DNA of 64,000 nucleotides from Dipteris shenzhenensis (Eukaryota): NCBI GenBank assembly GCA_047967505.1, contig CM106538.1; one strand, 5' to 3'. Shown piece by piece: positions 1 to 13,300 of this stretch (position 1 is its first letter; each line of letters starts with the position of its first letter). The notes under the pieces were generated by a model. It saw only the letters and a program-made list of their open reading frames with translations, ran no database searches and was not told where the DNA came from. The position numbers and the translations under genes were made by a program.

Positions 1-686
1 GATGCCACTAGTCCAAGCATGCGTCTAAGTGTGGTCATCTTCACAACCGGAGAGAATATCTCATCAAAGTCCACACCCTTCTCTTGCTTGAACCCTTTAG
101 CAACCAAACGGGCCTTGTACCTAGGCACATCATCACCTGTGACCTTCATTTTGTAGACCCATTTACATGGCAATGCTTTCTTTCCATGTGGCAAAGAAAC
201 CAAGTCCCAAGTCTTATTCTTCATAAGTGAACTCATCTCTGATTGCATAGCATACTCCCACTTGCGTTGATCCTCACGCATCATAGCCTCTCTGTAGCAA
301 GAAGGCTCCCCGCAATCAGTAAGCATCACATAGTCTACCCCTGGAACAAACCTATCAGGTGGTCTAGACACTCTAGATGATCTTCTCAAGGGCATTTTAG
401 CTTGCTGTCCCACTTGCATATCAGCCACATTTGGCTCATCATTTCCACCAATAGATGATCCATCATCTACCCTTGATTGTATACCTGTGTGGGAGTACTT
501 GGTGGTACCATTTCTTGCACATTTGGTGCATGGACAGCTTGCTGTCTATCAACATAGGCAGGTGGATTCACATCCTGGAAAGTGATTCTCCTCATTTCCA
601 CATCCCTCATAGGTGCCTTATGCATCTTCTTCTCATTGAAGACCACATCATGGCTGCGTATGATCTTCTTCTCATTGAAGACCACA

Positions 687-1469
687 TCATGGCCCCAATT
701 TGCAATCCTTTTTCATATGGCCCTTCTTGCCACAGTGGTAACACTCAATGTTTTGTGCCCTGGATTTGCTACGAGACTTCCCTCTTTCTTGGGACTTCCC
801 CCTGAATTGTGATCTACCCCTTTGCACATTTAAGGCTGCATCCTGCTTGTTGCCATCCATAGACTTCCGTCTAATCCCCTCGGCCAACAAGCTACCCACA
901 ACATCATCAAATTTCAGTACTCCACTAGGTGCAGAGTTACTGACAGCTGTACAAAAGGTATCCCATGAGGATGGCAATGAACATAAGAGAAGTATTGCCT
1001 TAGTCTCCGCATCAAAATTCATCTTCTGAGCCTGAAGCTGGCTGAAAATAATATTGAATTCATTCAAGTGAGAAGCAATGGAGACCCCTTCCTTCATCTG
1101 CAGCTCAAACAACCTCTTCATGAGGTAAACTTTATTAGAGGCAGTTTCCTTCTCATAAGTGGCACACAGTTTCTTCCACAAATCTTCCGTAGTCTGCTCA
1201 TTTACTACTGTGAAATAAACTGACTCTGCAAGATGAAGTCTAATAGTAGACGTTGCTAATGCATCCAACTCATTCCAATCATCCTCAGATATATCCGCAG
1301 GCTTAGCTTCAATCCCTGCCAAGGGTTTAATCTGCTTCTTTTGAATAAGCACATCCCTTATTTGTTCTTTCCATAAAGAAAAGTTTGTCCCATCAAACTT
1401 TTTAATGCTGAAAAACTCCTTTTCAGACATGGAAGAGGATGCCATGATGCAAATAAAGCAAAATCCCAA
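687..1469 (-). CDS. gag: copia Gag, truncated just after the CCHC zinc knuckle by an internal deletion
   Basis: 260-aa ORF with copia gag (UBN2-type) signatures and CX2CX4HX4C; likely ATG near 1445. Confidence 0.9.
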   Translation of the reverse strand: MGFCFICIMASSSMSEKEFFSIKKFDGTNFSLWKEQIRDVLIQKKQIKPLAGIEAKPADISEDDWNELDALATSTIRLHLAESVYFTVVNEQTTEDLWKKLCATYEKETASNKVYLMKRLFELQMKEGVSIASHLNEFNIIFSQLQAQKMNFDAETKAILLLCSLPSSWDTFCTAVSNSAPSGVLKFDDVVGSLLAEGIRRKSMDGNKQDAALNVQRGRSQFRGKSQERGKSRSKSRAQNIECYHCGKKGHMKKDCKLGP

Positions 1470-2859
1470 ATGCTAGTGCCTGCAAGAGAGAATCACACCA
1501 AATACCAGGTGCACCCAAATGTGTATGCCACAATAGAGTGGAATGTCACAAAAAACTCAAAGCTCAAAGCATCAAAAGATGCATTCGACTCATGTGCATA
1601 TACTATGCATCCATATGAGCAAATCTGGCCCAAAAGAAAATGCCAATAAGTGCCAAATGACTCAAGCATAAACACCGTCCACTGGCATATGCATCAATTA
1701 TATCTCATCCAAGAGAGCATAGCACTATCAGTGCATCACCAATAATGTGTCAAAGCTGTCTCTCAGCATAAAATAGCATCCATGTCAAAGCGTCCATAAA
1801 AAAATAGCATCCCACAAGGCAATTTGGGCCTATCAGTGCATCCAACAAGGACCGCAATGCATCCAAATGGCCTATAAACCCCAATGCATACCACGAATGA
1901 GGGCACACTGCTCAAACTGCAACCAGAGTGATCTGCATAAGGTATGCTCAAGAAATCATAGTCCCACAGTAATGACCGCTACTGAAAATAGAACCTGAGA
2001 TGCTTCAAAACATGGGCGCCATTGCATAATCGAACTCAGCAAGAAAATGTGCAAATATCTCTCTTCTGCCAGAACTCCAAAATCCCAACCGATGAGTGAG
2101 AAATGGGAGTCAACACTTATCCACTGCCATGTGGCATAAATCTAAGGTTTCAAAACCTTAGTATGAAAAATGCATAACAGAGAGACGAAATCGAATACAC
2201 AGAGATTTATAACTCAGAAAATCCTCCACCGAATCACGCAAGAACTGATAGGTAGGGGTTTTTGGGCGTCTGGAACGCAATGGGACAGACGGTTTTGGAA
2301 ACCGTGGTCTCAATCACTGGGTCCAACACACGGACTAAAAAACATTTTTGGAAACAGAGCTGTTTGTAAACTCCACCGGAGTGCGAATGGTGAGCAACAT
2401 AGTAGTTTTAGGACCTCCTGAGTCCACCGGAACTGACAGATCTACAAATGGTTGCTCCAAACTTGAGTTCCAACACCCGGGCAAAAAATGCAAAAACTGA
2501 CACAGTGAGTCAGAAATCCAATGAAATGATCCCAGATTCAAGAATGAAGGTGTTTCCAAGCTCTTGAAGTAATGTGGACACCAAAAGCAAGCAATAGTTG
2601 CCTCTACAAGTCAATACAGAGTCTCTGTCATCGAACGGAACAGGGAAAAGCTCAAAAAACGACTTTTTCTTTCAAACCACTTAATAGGCTCTCAAAACCA
2701 CTTCGTAAAGCCAAAGTGACTTTTCCAAAGGTTTCTCCAAGGTCTCTGCACACTCGGATGCAAGTAAAGTCACCCACAAAGCTTCCCACAAAGCTTCTCC
2801 TTCCTCCCACAAAGCTACTGAGCTTCAAGCATTCACGCACGCTTAGCTAGATCACCCGG

Positions 2860-2871
2860 GCTCTGATACCA
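2860..2871 (-). promoter_or_regulatory. tRNA-iMet primer binding site
   Basis: Reverse complement is TGGTATCAGAGC, 2 nt from the CA end of the LTR. Confidence 0.92.
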
Positions 2872-2873
2872 GT

Positions 2874-3044
2874 TGAGAGTGCTCTCAACGGAAGCAAGAA
2901 TGGAAGAAGGAGAGAGAGAGACAGAGAGCCACATAAGTTTTGGTGGGTGCAGAACCACCCTAATCTTCTTTTTCATTCATTTATATATGTGTTTGAGTAT
3001 TGTACATAACTGGGGTAAAGGCACAGTGACCTTTAACCCCCACA
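2874..3044 (-). repeat. short 5' LTR (~170 bp) of the copia element
   Basis: On the minus strand reads TGTGGGGG...TATATAAAT...CT-rich...CA, then the PBS. The outer boundary is inferred because the second LTR is outside the window. Confidence 0.6.
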
Positions 3045-3815
3045 GATGGTGATGCAGGTGCTAGTGCGGGGTGAGTACCACAAAGGATCCTCAGGTGCAG
3101 ATAGCTGATGGGTTCGAGTAGTGCTTTAATAAATAGGATCGGTAATGCGAGGGAAAGGGGGTGGTTGCAGAGTTAGCACCCATTGAAGAAGATTGGCATG
3201 CAAAGTATGAAGAGTTGGCTCAAGAAATTGTGGAAGTTGTTGCTCGCTTAGGTAAGAAAGTACAGGTTTTGAAGCGACAAAGGCATTCCCCATGTTTTTG
3301 GTTGGAGCTGTGTGCCCACCTGCCTCCTCGCCCTCCTTGGTGGAAAGAAGCAGATTAGTTTTTGCAGAAGTTTTACAATAGCATACTCATTTTCTTGGTC
3401 TGCTTGATCCTTTAATTCCTTTTTGAGTCAAACCACAACATCAAACCAATAGAAAATTGTTTTGAATTTTGATTTTGAAGCCATTTTGGGCCTCTTTGTA
3501 CTAGTTTAGTGGGCCTCTTTGTACTAGTTACAATGGATAAAGGTTTTAAAAATACATGCATGACTGTAGATGCATGTTCTCACACAAATTGTCTACATAT
3601 TCTATACGTAGATGGTACATTGTTTTACATTATAGATGGTGGGCATCACTCCTTGATGTTGTGACAAAAGAATTCTATAGCTATATTGTAGCATAGTCAA
3701 TATGTATACGGGTAAACCAATGCCTCATAAAAGTGCCTAGAAAGCATTATTTGGAGACACATAGCTATATGTATTGATGGCGTGTTATATGTAACATTGA
3801 TTTTGAGAAAGTGAT

Positions 3816-4162
3816 ACAATGCAAGTAGCAGTGTTGATTGAAGATGAAAAAATCTAGTACAAAATTAATGCTAAAGCTATCCCCATAGAAATACAAAAGT
3901 ATCTAGAATGAACAGAGAAAACACCTTACTAACTAATGATTCAAAATACATTGATCTAATATTTTGAATTCTACTAAAATCTAGCCAAATTATCAGGCTC
4001 TGTGCAAACCTACCCATGCACAAGAAGGTTTCTTAATTTAGAGCTATAAGCTATAACTATTGTGATGTTACATCTAGCTACACAGAGCTTCATCATCTAG
4101 ACAATATAATAAACACTTCTAGTAATTGTTTTTTTTTTTAAATGAGGGTTTATATTAATAAT
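3816..4162 (+). repeat. ~350-bp direct repeat, copy 1 (copy 2 at 10030-10374)
   Basis: Near-identical sequence from ACAATGCAAGTAGCAGTGTTG to GGGTTTATATTAATAAT at both sites. Confidence 0.95.
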
Positions 4163-5544
4163 TTAATATCGATTTGTTAAGTTATACAATTTCTCTGAAC
4201 ATACCCCTGGGAAATAGAATAGAGCGTATACTTAACAAGCTATCCAGTAGCATTGTCTGAGTACTAAAACACTGTAGCATGTCAGATGAAATACTGTAGC
4301 TAACAAAACCATTCTAGCCAAAAAGCTGCATCAAGGAAACTATTGTAGTTAAGCTCTTGGGCATGTTAGGTAGGGTACTCCGACAAGGATGTCTATAAAA
4401 TCTCAGTTCTATCATTGCTCACCAAAAACAATTTCATAACTTAGTGCAAGAAAATGGTTTGATGTGCACTCAAGCCTTCCATCAATAGCAGTGCTTATGG
4501 CTACTAGAGATCCGCCAACATGTTCAAATCAGTAGTAAGCATAAAAAGGCAAACCACCAACAAAGATTCATAGAAGTTGATGGAGAGACCACTTGAAGGT
4601 TAAAAAATATAAGGGTGAATGTGAATTGAACCAAAAAGAAACCATAAGGAAGAATCATTAAAAATGGTTGTGTAAGCCAATTTTACACTACCAAGGCTTT
4701 CATCAAAGCATATTGTAAAGTTAATGCTTGCAAAAATTAGATCTTCATGATAACGAAAAGCAAATCTATTGCATAATAGATGGAAACGGATGATCTCATG
4801 GAGCAATCGGATAGCATCCCTTGTGCTACTCCTTAATGTAGAAGGAAACGAACATATGATCACTTAATCATGAAATCCTTGAAAGATGATAGCAAAAGAT
4901 GGATGTCAAATTGAATACAAGTGCCACGAGAAACAAGACGATTGCAACAATAAAATACATAGCATATTGAATGGAAGATAGTCCCAGGATAGTTGAATTT
5001 GATACCATGTTGGAAGAGATAAAGAGAGAGATTGAAAGAAGTCGAGAGTTCAACAAAAGATTGCTTCGAGAAGTAGTATACCTTATTCATCTCCATAGTC
5101 TAGATATATAGATGAGACCATAGGCTAAGAATAGGCTAGTTATAAATAGCTCCAACATGAGTCATCAATGAGGGCATTCACATTTGAATGTCTATTTATG
5201 TATTGCATATATTGTTGGCCACTTCAAAGTTTAGAGTTTCTTTATGTTAGATTTTTTTTATTTGTTGTATTCAATGCCATAAACCACTATGAGAGTAGTT
5301 GGGGGTGGTAGAATGATATTTCAAATTGGTATATACCTATCTTACAAATTTAATTTTAGAAAGTCACTACCAAATTTTCAATTTTCCAAAGGATTCCATT
5401 TTTAAAGTTATAGAAATTCTTTGGGATAGAGTTTTTGATTTGGAGTTGTCCAATCCCATATACAACCATAGAAGTAGCTAAGCTAGTAAAATGGTATATT
5501 TCATTTTTCAATTGGTTATGCATCTTCTTTAAAAATCCCAAGAG

Positions 5545-5770
5545 TGTTGAGGATTCATCTCAACATCATGTTATCATATGTTCATAGTGCTAACCCAGAA
5601 GAGTGCTAAAATGGAAAGGTCTAGAAGCTCTAACCCTAACCTTAAAGGGGTTTGCACATATTCATCATTTTATAGTGTACAATTAGTCATTGTTCTCTCT
5701 AGCTATGCCCTCTCTCCTCATCTTCGATCTTCTCCTCTCCTCTCTCTATATTTTTTCATGGTATCAGAGC
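5545..5770 (+). mobile_element. LTR (~5545-5758) plus tRNA-iMet PBS of a decayed LTR retrotransposon
   Basis: TGTTG...TTCA immediately followed by TGGTATCAGAGC (5759-5770); downstream coding sequence not recognisable. Confidence 0.7.
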
Positions 5771-5920
5771 TCATGATTTTGCCTTCCACCAAGGCGCCAT
5801 CTTTCTTGTGAGAGTGAGAGAGATCGATTGAGAGTGATTGAGTGTCCTTTCATTGTGTCGATGACAGATTTCAGTTCTATCTTTATGAGAGATTTTTGTC
5901 CAATTATATTCATTTATGTT

Positions 5921-5923
<3 letters not shown>

Positions 5924-5989
<66 letters not shown>
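5924..5989. repeat. (GA)n microsatellite
   Basis: Perfect dinucleotide run. Confidence 0.98.
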
Positions 5990-5992
<3 letters not shown>

Positions 5993-8368
5993 GGTTCATT
6001 GTGAGATCTGAGAGAGTTGAGAGAGGTCCATCTCTATTGAGAAAGAGAGATTTTGAGTGTTTTCATACATTGACAAAGAGAGAGGTGTGAGAGTCTATTT
6101 CTAAGAGAGAGAATTTTGAGGGCAAGCAGTATTCTTAGCAACTACTCAGAATACTAGAATTGGTTGCTCATCGATGGTTGCTCATCGATTGCTTTAGCTG
6201 CGACCTATAACAACAACTACTACAATAATTAGATGACTCCTATCTCTAGCAAGCCTAGAGTACTCCTCTCTATCTACCAGCAGCAGATCAACTAAGGCAG
6301 GCAAAGTGAGATGCATAGCATCCTTTCTCAAAACATAGCGCTATCAAGTACGACTCATCCTAAGTGCTCATAGCAACCATCTACAAATTCCACTAGAGCA
6401 CTCCAACTTTGTTCAGCCAAGCTAGTCCTCCAATGCTCCTTCCAAGCTTACGATAATGCCATATTCTACACAAGCTATACTGATCCTTGTGGCTGCAATT
6501 GTAAGTGGAGGTGTGGGTGCATTGGTGGAAGGGAGGACGAGGCAGCTCCTTTGCCTTTGAAACCTTGCCACACATTCTTAATGTATGCGACCTTGGCTTC
6601 TACAGTGGGACTCCCACTTTGTGTCACAAGAGGTGATGTCTCGATCTATTTTGTATTTTCTTTCTTGATGGTGGATAAGAAAGAGAAGGATTGGTTGCTT
6701 CTCCATGGACGTAGCCCACAGTGGGTGAGCCACGTATATCGGTGTGTCTTTGTGTCTTCCATTATGCACCTTTTTTGTGTTGTGTATTTTATGCATTCTG
6801 TGTCTCACAACTTGGTGAGCATGGAGCACACAACCATGGTTTTGAAAGAGGGCAGGGGAAACATCACTTGGTTGATCCAACTAACATGAGCTACATCTTG
6901 TTGTAGGCCATAGAAATCATCTTCTATAGTACACCCTCAATGAGGTCAGTGCTTATCAATACAATCAAAGCAAGCATGCACAGAGATGGTAGAACCAAGG
7001 TCCTTTGTCTATTTTGTTCAATATGTGCCAATCATGGTCTTCATCAACTAAGTCGCATTACGTGTGGTGTTGAGTAGGAACCAAGGTCTACTTGCTCTCT
7101 AAACAAAGTCTTGATAAGCCATCTAACATATGTATTAATAAGATGATCAAGCTAACCAAGCAAGTCCCCATATTAAATCACTACCCAATCTCACTTGTGT
7201 AAAAGGCACCCACACACTTTGAAAGGTTGTAGAACAAGTTTTAGACAAGGTGAACTACATTCATTAATCTTGCCTCAAAGAAATGGGATAAGAGATATGA
7301 CTCTATGGATGAAGGTAGCCAAAACTCCTTCTCTTAAACCATATGCCAAAACTTGTTTTCATTTAGAGTCTTATTTCTCCAACTTTTGGAGACTCACACA
7401 ACTTCCACATATAGTGCGTCTTCAAGTTTAGTTTTCAAAATTATTGTCATATTTCTTCTCAACATATTAGAATGATTGGATTGGTTGTGATTGAACATCA
7501 AGCCCGTCAGCTCTGTGATAAGAGCCACTTGCCCCTGAATGGAAGATGTTCCCTACACTTCTACTCAAATACCCCATCAAATTTCTTGAAAGCTTGCTAT
7601 AGTTGGGATCATCCATTTGAGCTCCATTTGAATGCCATTCAAAAATAGTCAAAACCCAAAACACCAATACTACAACAACTTTTAATGTAGTCTATTACAT
7701 GAGTTGAGTTTAAGTTGAGAGATAATACCTAGGTCATTTCTGGAATTTCTCGGATTGTTAATTGTCATTGCTTGCTCTATTTTTATATACCTGGCACTGA
7801 ATTCTTTTTTTAATTTTGTGTTCTAGATTGTTGCATTCTAAATGGCTCATGTGGGTGAGAAGACAAAGTCTCAGCATCTTGATCTCAGTCGAGCTCAAAA
7901 GAAGCTACTGAAAAATGAGAATGTGCACTTCTTAATGAATGTCAATCAGGACATCATTCAGATGGATTTCATCAATGGTGAAAGCGGTTTACAAAATTTG
8001 GCTAGGACCATGGCAGAATGTGGAGTGAGGACCCTATGTGAATGATTTCTAGATATTTTTCTAGCATAATCTATAGATCAAGTCATGCACCACTTCACCT
8101 TGGAGACTCGAGAGTCAACTATGTCTTGAAGTATATCCACTACTTTTCTACTATGTGAGCCACACCCTTATCTTACAATTTTGACCATACAACTCATAAG
8201 CAACTCATGCCCCAATTTTCATGTAGTTTTGGCCCCTTGGAACCCCCTAGCAATGTCTAGGGGGGCATTTCCCCCTATCCTTGCTTCATAGAATGGGTAT
8301 AAGCTTGCTTGGGTCCAAAGCATGGCCATAAAACAATCTCTAAAAAAATATCAGGCTCCACATACAAC

Positions 8369-8771
8369 AATCTCCCACTTGGAGACTGATCATAGTAACT
8401 CCACTATTATTACACTTGGTGAAATGATTTGGACCTGGCTATACCTCATATTATTCCTTATACTTGAAGACCAATTGAAATTGAGCAAAAGCTCAACCTC
8501 TCCTTGGTTACCACCTTAGTTAGCATGTTTGTAGGATTCTAGCTAGTGTGTATCTTTTCCAACTTCAACTGCCCATCTGCAAAACAGATCATATGAAATG
8601 ATATCTGAGCTGTATATGTTTAGTTCTTGAATGGAAGGCTGAAGTCTTTGTGAGATGAATAGCACTCTGGCTATCACTATACAAGATGCAATTTTCTTGC
8701 TTGTTCCCAAGCTCCTCCATAAGGGTGACATATGCATGTTTGGATGGTACACTTTTTGTGCTTGAAAGCAT
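8369..8771 (-). mobile_element. copia RNase H C-terminal remnant with PPT and start of the 3' LTR
   Basis: LYSDSQSAIHL...FHSRTKHIQLRYHFI and KIHTS*NPTNMLTK; PPT AAGTGGGAGAT followed by TGTTG at 8369. Confidence 0.85.
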
Positions 8772-9447
8772 GTGCTAAATATGCATTCTCTTAGCAAATT
8801 TGCAAGAGTGCTTGGAGGTGGGATTTACATAACATAAACGATTGGACACCTTGCATGTTTCAAATGTCTAGTTGGACTGACACTTTCAAAACATGATGAA
8901 ACTAGTCCTTCAGTTGTAATTGCCTACTCACTTCTCATTGAAACGTCACAGCTCTCATTTCTCATAGCTCTAGAATCTCTTGTTTATCGAGCCTCTTATA
9001 TCTCACAACTCTAGCCTCTCTCATAGCTCTATCTCTTTTTGTGTGGCTCAGCTCAATTCATCTCAGGTCTAGCACTTTTTGTGCGGCTTTATCTCTTTTT
9101 GTGTGACTTAGCTCTTGTAGGTCTCATCCCACATAGCCCTAGCAAGCTCAAGGTCTTGTCTCTTATAGAGTCACATCATAGAAAAGGATAGGGACAGAGA
9201 GAAGGAGCTCAAGGTCTCATATCTCATAGCTCTCGTAGGTCTCATCTCTCAGAGTCATGGAGTCATGTGCGGGGGTTGTACCCGGGAGGTTTTGTTGTAA
9301 TGCTCAGGACTTTCACAAGTTTTATGGCATCAACATTAAGTCTGGTAAAAGCCCAAAAACACTAACAAATGTGGACCTTCCTAAACAAGAGGATGGCTAT
9401 GTTCAATGAGACAAGAAAGGCTTACAAAATAAAGTCCAAAAGCATTT

Positions 9448-9987
9448 GTGACCTTGACATTCTACAAGAAGCTATGCTGGAACATTGAGGGAAACTACGG
9501 TTTTCAGGGTGGTAGGATGATCAACTATGGCTACGAATGGGGACCTTTCACCTCAGTAAACTACAAGTTCGTGCCGATGGCTCCCGATGGACATGGCTGG
9601 AGCCAAATAGCTACCGAGCCATCCGGTGTCAGCTACTGCTTGTATGTTGGTCCCAACCAAGGAGACCCTCTTTTCACCATAAACTGTGACGGCAATGACG
9701 ATCGCCAGAAGTACATGTTCCTTCCGGTGGGCGGTTCTAACTTCTTCTTCCTCAAGAAGTCTACTTTGCAGTGCTTGTATCTAGAAAATGATGGCATTCC
9801 CACAGCAACATGTAACGTCGACGTGAGTGTACTGCCCCTGTCTTAATCCTCTACTTAAATACAAGACATGAAGTTCTTCTTTTGATTCCTCTAAACTAGG
9901 TTAGATGTTCATCCCTCATTGCTTGTCTATTTGTTCTTGTGCCAGGATCAAACCTAATTGTTTCAGTGGTGCAATCACATCAACTGA
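9448..9987 (+). pseudogene. ricin-B (R-type, beta-trefoil) lectin domain, 5'-truncated, with one intron (9823-9945) and a premature stop
   Basis: Three Cys-led subdomains: CWNIEG..G, CLYVG..G..L...CDG.DD.QKY, CLYLE...TCNVD. A GTGAGT donor and TGCCAG acceptor give ...CNVD-DQT*LFQWCNHIN*. GC-richer, gene-like codon usage. Confidence 0.75.
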
Positions 9988-10029
9988 GACTGTGTTGTGG
10001 CAAGCGGTCCTGTGGTTGACCCATGTTAG

Positions 10030-10374
10030 ACAATGCAAGTAGCAGTGTTGATTGAAGATGAAAAAATCTAGTACAAAATTAATGCTAAAGCTATCCCCAC
10101 AAAAATACAAAAGTATCTAGAATGAATAGAGAAAACACCTTACTAACTAATGATTCAAAATACATTGATCTAATGTTCTGAATTCTACTAAAATCTAGCC
10201 AAATTATTAGGCTCTGTGCAAACCTACCCATGCACAAGAAGGTTTGATAATTTAGAGCTATAACTGTTGTAGTGATGTTACATCTAGCTACATAGAGCTT
10301 CATCATCCAGACAGTATAATAAACACTTCTAGTAATTGTTTTTTTTTTCAAAAATGAGGGTTTATATTAATAAT
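10030..10374 (+). repeat. ~350-bp direct repeat, copy 2, immediately downstream of the lectin stop codon
   Basis: Matches 3816-4162. Confidence 0.95.
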
Positions 10375-10376
10375 AT

Positions 10377-13300
10377 AACAAGTAGATCAAGCTGCCCACA
10401 AAACTTCTGTACTTCGCTTCATCCACCAATGGTGATGAATCCTCGTTTGAGAGCTTCGCGTCAACCTCCATAGGGGTACCAACTGTCTTGCACTCAGCCA
10501 TGCCAAATGCCTTCAGTATCTCTCCAGCATACTTCATCTGTGAAATGAAGATCTATTTCGGCTCCTGCCAAACTTCAATCCCCAAACAGAAATGCATTAG
10601 TCCGAGGTCTGTCATTTCAAACTCTCTTCCTAGCAAATGCTTCGTCTGCGTCATGGTTCCCTATTATGACAAGGTCGTCCACATAAAGGACCACGATCAT
10701 ACTCTTGCCTCCTTCTCTGAAGATATACAAATTTGCATCAGATGGGCTCCTCCTGAACCCGTTTTGCAAAAAGTAGGCATCAATTTGCTGGTACCATGCT
10801 CGTGGAGCCTGCTTCAGCCCGTAAAGTGCCTTCTTCAGTTTGCAGACTTTACCTTCTGAACCGGGGATCTCAAAACCTGGTGGTTGTTCCATGTATACCT
10901 CCTCCTTGAGATCTCCATTCAGAAAGGCGGATTTCACATCCATCTGAAACACGGACCAACTTCCCTGGGTAGCTAAAGCCAAAACACTGCGAATTGTGGT
11001 TAGTTGAGCTGTGGGAGCAAAAGTATGTTGATAATCAAAACCATGTACCTATGCAAATCCTTTTGCCACAAGCCGAGCCTTGTACTTATCCAACGTGCCG
11101 TTGGACTTGTACTTGGTCTTGTACACCCACTTGGTTCTGATTACCTTGCATTTTTGTGGTCGATCCACAAGGTCCCAAGTGTTCTTCTTCATTATGGAGC
11201 CATACTCTGACTGCATAGCCTCCATCCACCTATCATTGCCCTGTGCCTCTTCAAGACACTTGGGTTCATCAGCACAGATCACTACTGTCATCAAAGCATA
11301 GTTGATTAAGTGTTCCTGTGCCTTCTTTGCTCCTCTAATCTCTTGGACCGGCGGTGTTCGGATGGTTCCTCTTCAATGGCTGGAGGTTCTCTGCCATCCA
11401 AAGGCTGCTTTACCCACTTCGGGAATGGCCGTTGTCCTTGTGGTTCTGCAGGCTCTTCTTTATCTTCTTTGTCTTAAATCCTCCCAAGCACCGTTGGGGG
11501 AGTTCGGTCTGCTATTGGTGGTGGTACTAGACGGATATCCTGGTCCTGGTTGTCTAGGAAGGAAGCATCCTCCTCCAATTGATGTGGCTGTTCTGAGAAG
11601 ACCACATCGCAACTTACAATTACCTTCTTGGTAACAAGGTTATAGAGACGGTAACCCTTCGCCTCTTCACTGTAGCCCAAGAAAATACACTTCCGGCTCT
11701 TCGGTTCCCATTTGGTCCTAGTAGCATCAGGGACATGCACAAAATAGTCACATCCAAAAACTCTGAAATGTGCAGTTGAAGGTTTCTTACCAGAGAAAGC
11801 TTACAGTGGAGTCATCCCATTCACAGTCTTCATGTAGCTACAATTGAGGATGTAAACTGCAATGTTACATGCTTCAGCCCAGAAAGTCTTTGGCAAATCT
11901 TTCCCTTTCATCATACTCCGGCCCATTTCGCAGATGACGTGCATCTTTCATTCTGCTACTCCATTTTGCTGTGATGTATGTGGTGGGGGTTTCTGCCTCT
12001 TGATTCCATGACTTTCGCAGTAACTTTCGAATTCAGTCGATGTGAACTCTCCACCTCTGTCTGATCGCAGCTTCTTCACCTTCCTCCCCGATTCTTTCTC
12101 GACCATTACATGCCATTCCTTGAACCTACTGAAAGCCTCGTCTTTCGTCTTCAGGAAGTATATCCATATCCTTCTACTATAGTCGTCGATCAATGTCATG
12201 AAGTAGTAGGAACCACCCAAAGCTTCCGTCTCCATCCTTTCGCAGAGGTCCGTGTGAACGAGCTATAAAGGAGCCTTTGCCCTGCTGGCCTCTTTAGGAA
12301 AGGGCTACCGATGCTGCTTGCCCATCATGCAAGCTTCACATACATTGGGCAGATCTGAAATTTCTGGTAGGTATGCAATCATTCCACTTTTATGCATCTC
12401 CTTCAAAGAACTAAGGTTTAGATGACCAAACCTCTCATGCCACAACTTAGTGTTCTTCACATCTGCTCGAGCACTGAAAGCTGAGAGTTCATAAATGTTG
12501 TTGCACCATGTACCTTTACCAATGACCTTTCCTTGAAGATCCAGGATCTGGGCACCATTCTTAAAAAATTGAACTTTGAGGTCCCAATCCGTGATTGCAG
12601 AAATGGACAACAAGTTCCTCTTGATATCTGGTACATAAAGAACATCGGACAACTGTTTTACAACTCCATCTGACTTGAGAGCAATCATATTTTTTCCTTT
12701 TGCTTGACATTTTGCATCATTGCCGACTGCTACCATGATGTCATTCCCTACCGGCTGTGAGAGGTATACCAATCCTTCCGATTGGTCATGTGGCATGATG
12801 CACCACTGTCAATGATCCATGGTTCATCTGCAGGTACATGAACTACCTCCGTACAAATCTCCTCAATTGCGATGAGCAGCTCTATTGGTACCGCCTGTGC
12901 ACTGTTGCTGCAGTCTTTCTTTACTCTGTTCTTCTCATCTGCAATCTTCTTGCGGCACTCATTCTGCTTCCTTGTTGCAATAGAAGCACTTGATCTTCTT
13001 CTTTCTCTTTTTATCATCAAAAGAAGATGGGTTACCAGAGTCCTTACCCTTACCTTTCTTTGATCCGGTCCAGAAAGCCGAATCTTCTCTAGTCCTCGTC
13101 TTTAGACGCATCTCCTCCTCCAGAAGCATCGTGCTAAATTCCTCAAAGTTGAGGGGTGGATTTCTATTCTGCATATTCAGCGCCGTAACAAGACCATCGT
13201 ACTTTGGTGGGAGAATCCGTATGCACCTTCGTGCTAGATTCTCGCTAATGATGGTGATGCCAATCACAGTCATCTGATCGTGCAGATTCTTCACCCTGGT

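Larger units (their letters stand above)
1..3044 (-). mobile_element. Ty1/copia LTR retrotransposon, 5' part (LTR-PBS-long leader-gag-[deleted PR/IN core]-IN tail-RT), runs off the window's left edge
   Basis: PBS TGGTATCAGAGC at 2871-2860. Gag ORF 687-1469 has KFDGTNFSLWK and the zinc knuckle CYHCGKKGHMKKDC. Integrase tail IIRSHDVVFNE at ~630-680. RT motif RYKARLVAKGFKQEKGVDFDEIFSPVVK at ~40-125. Confidence 0.95.

Noticed and set aside
4200-7900. Coding-like remnants (e.g. 4860-5100, 6393-6900, 7842-8045)
   Set aside because: Too decayed to assign; probably TE-derived.
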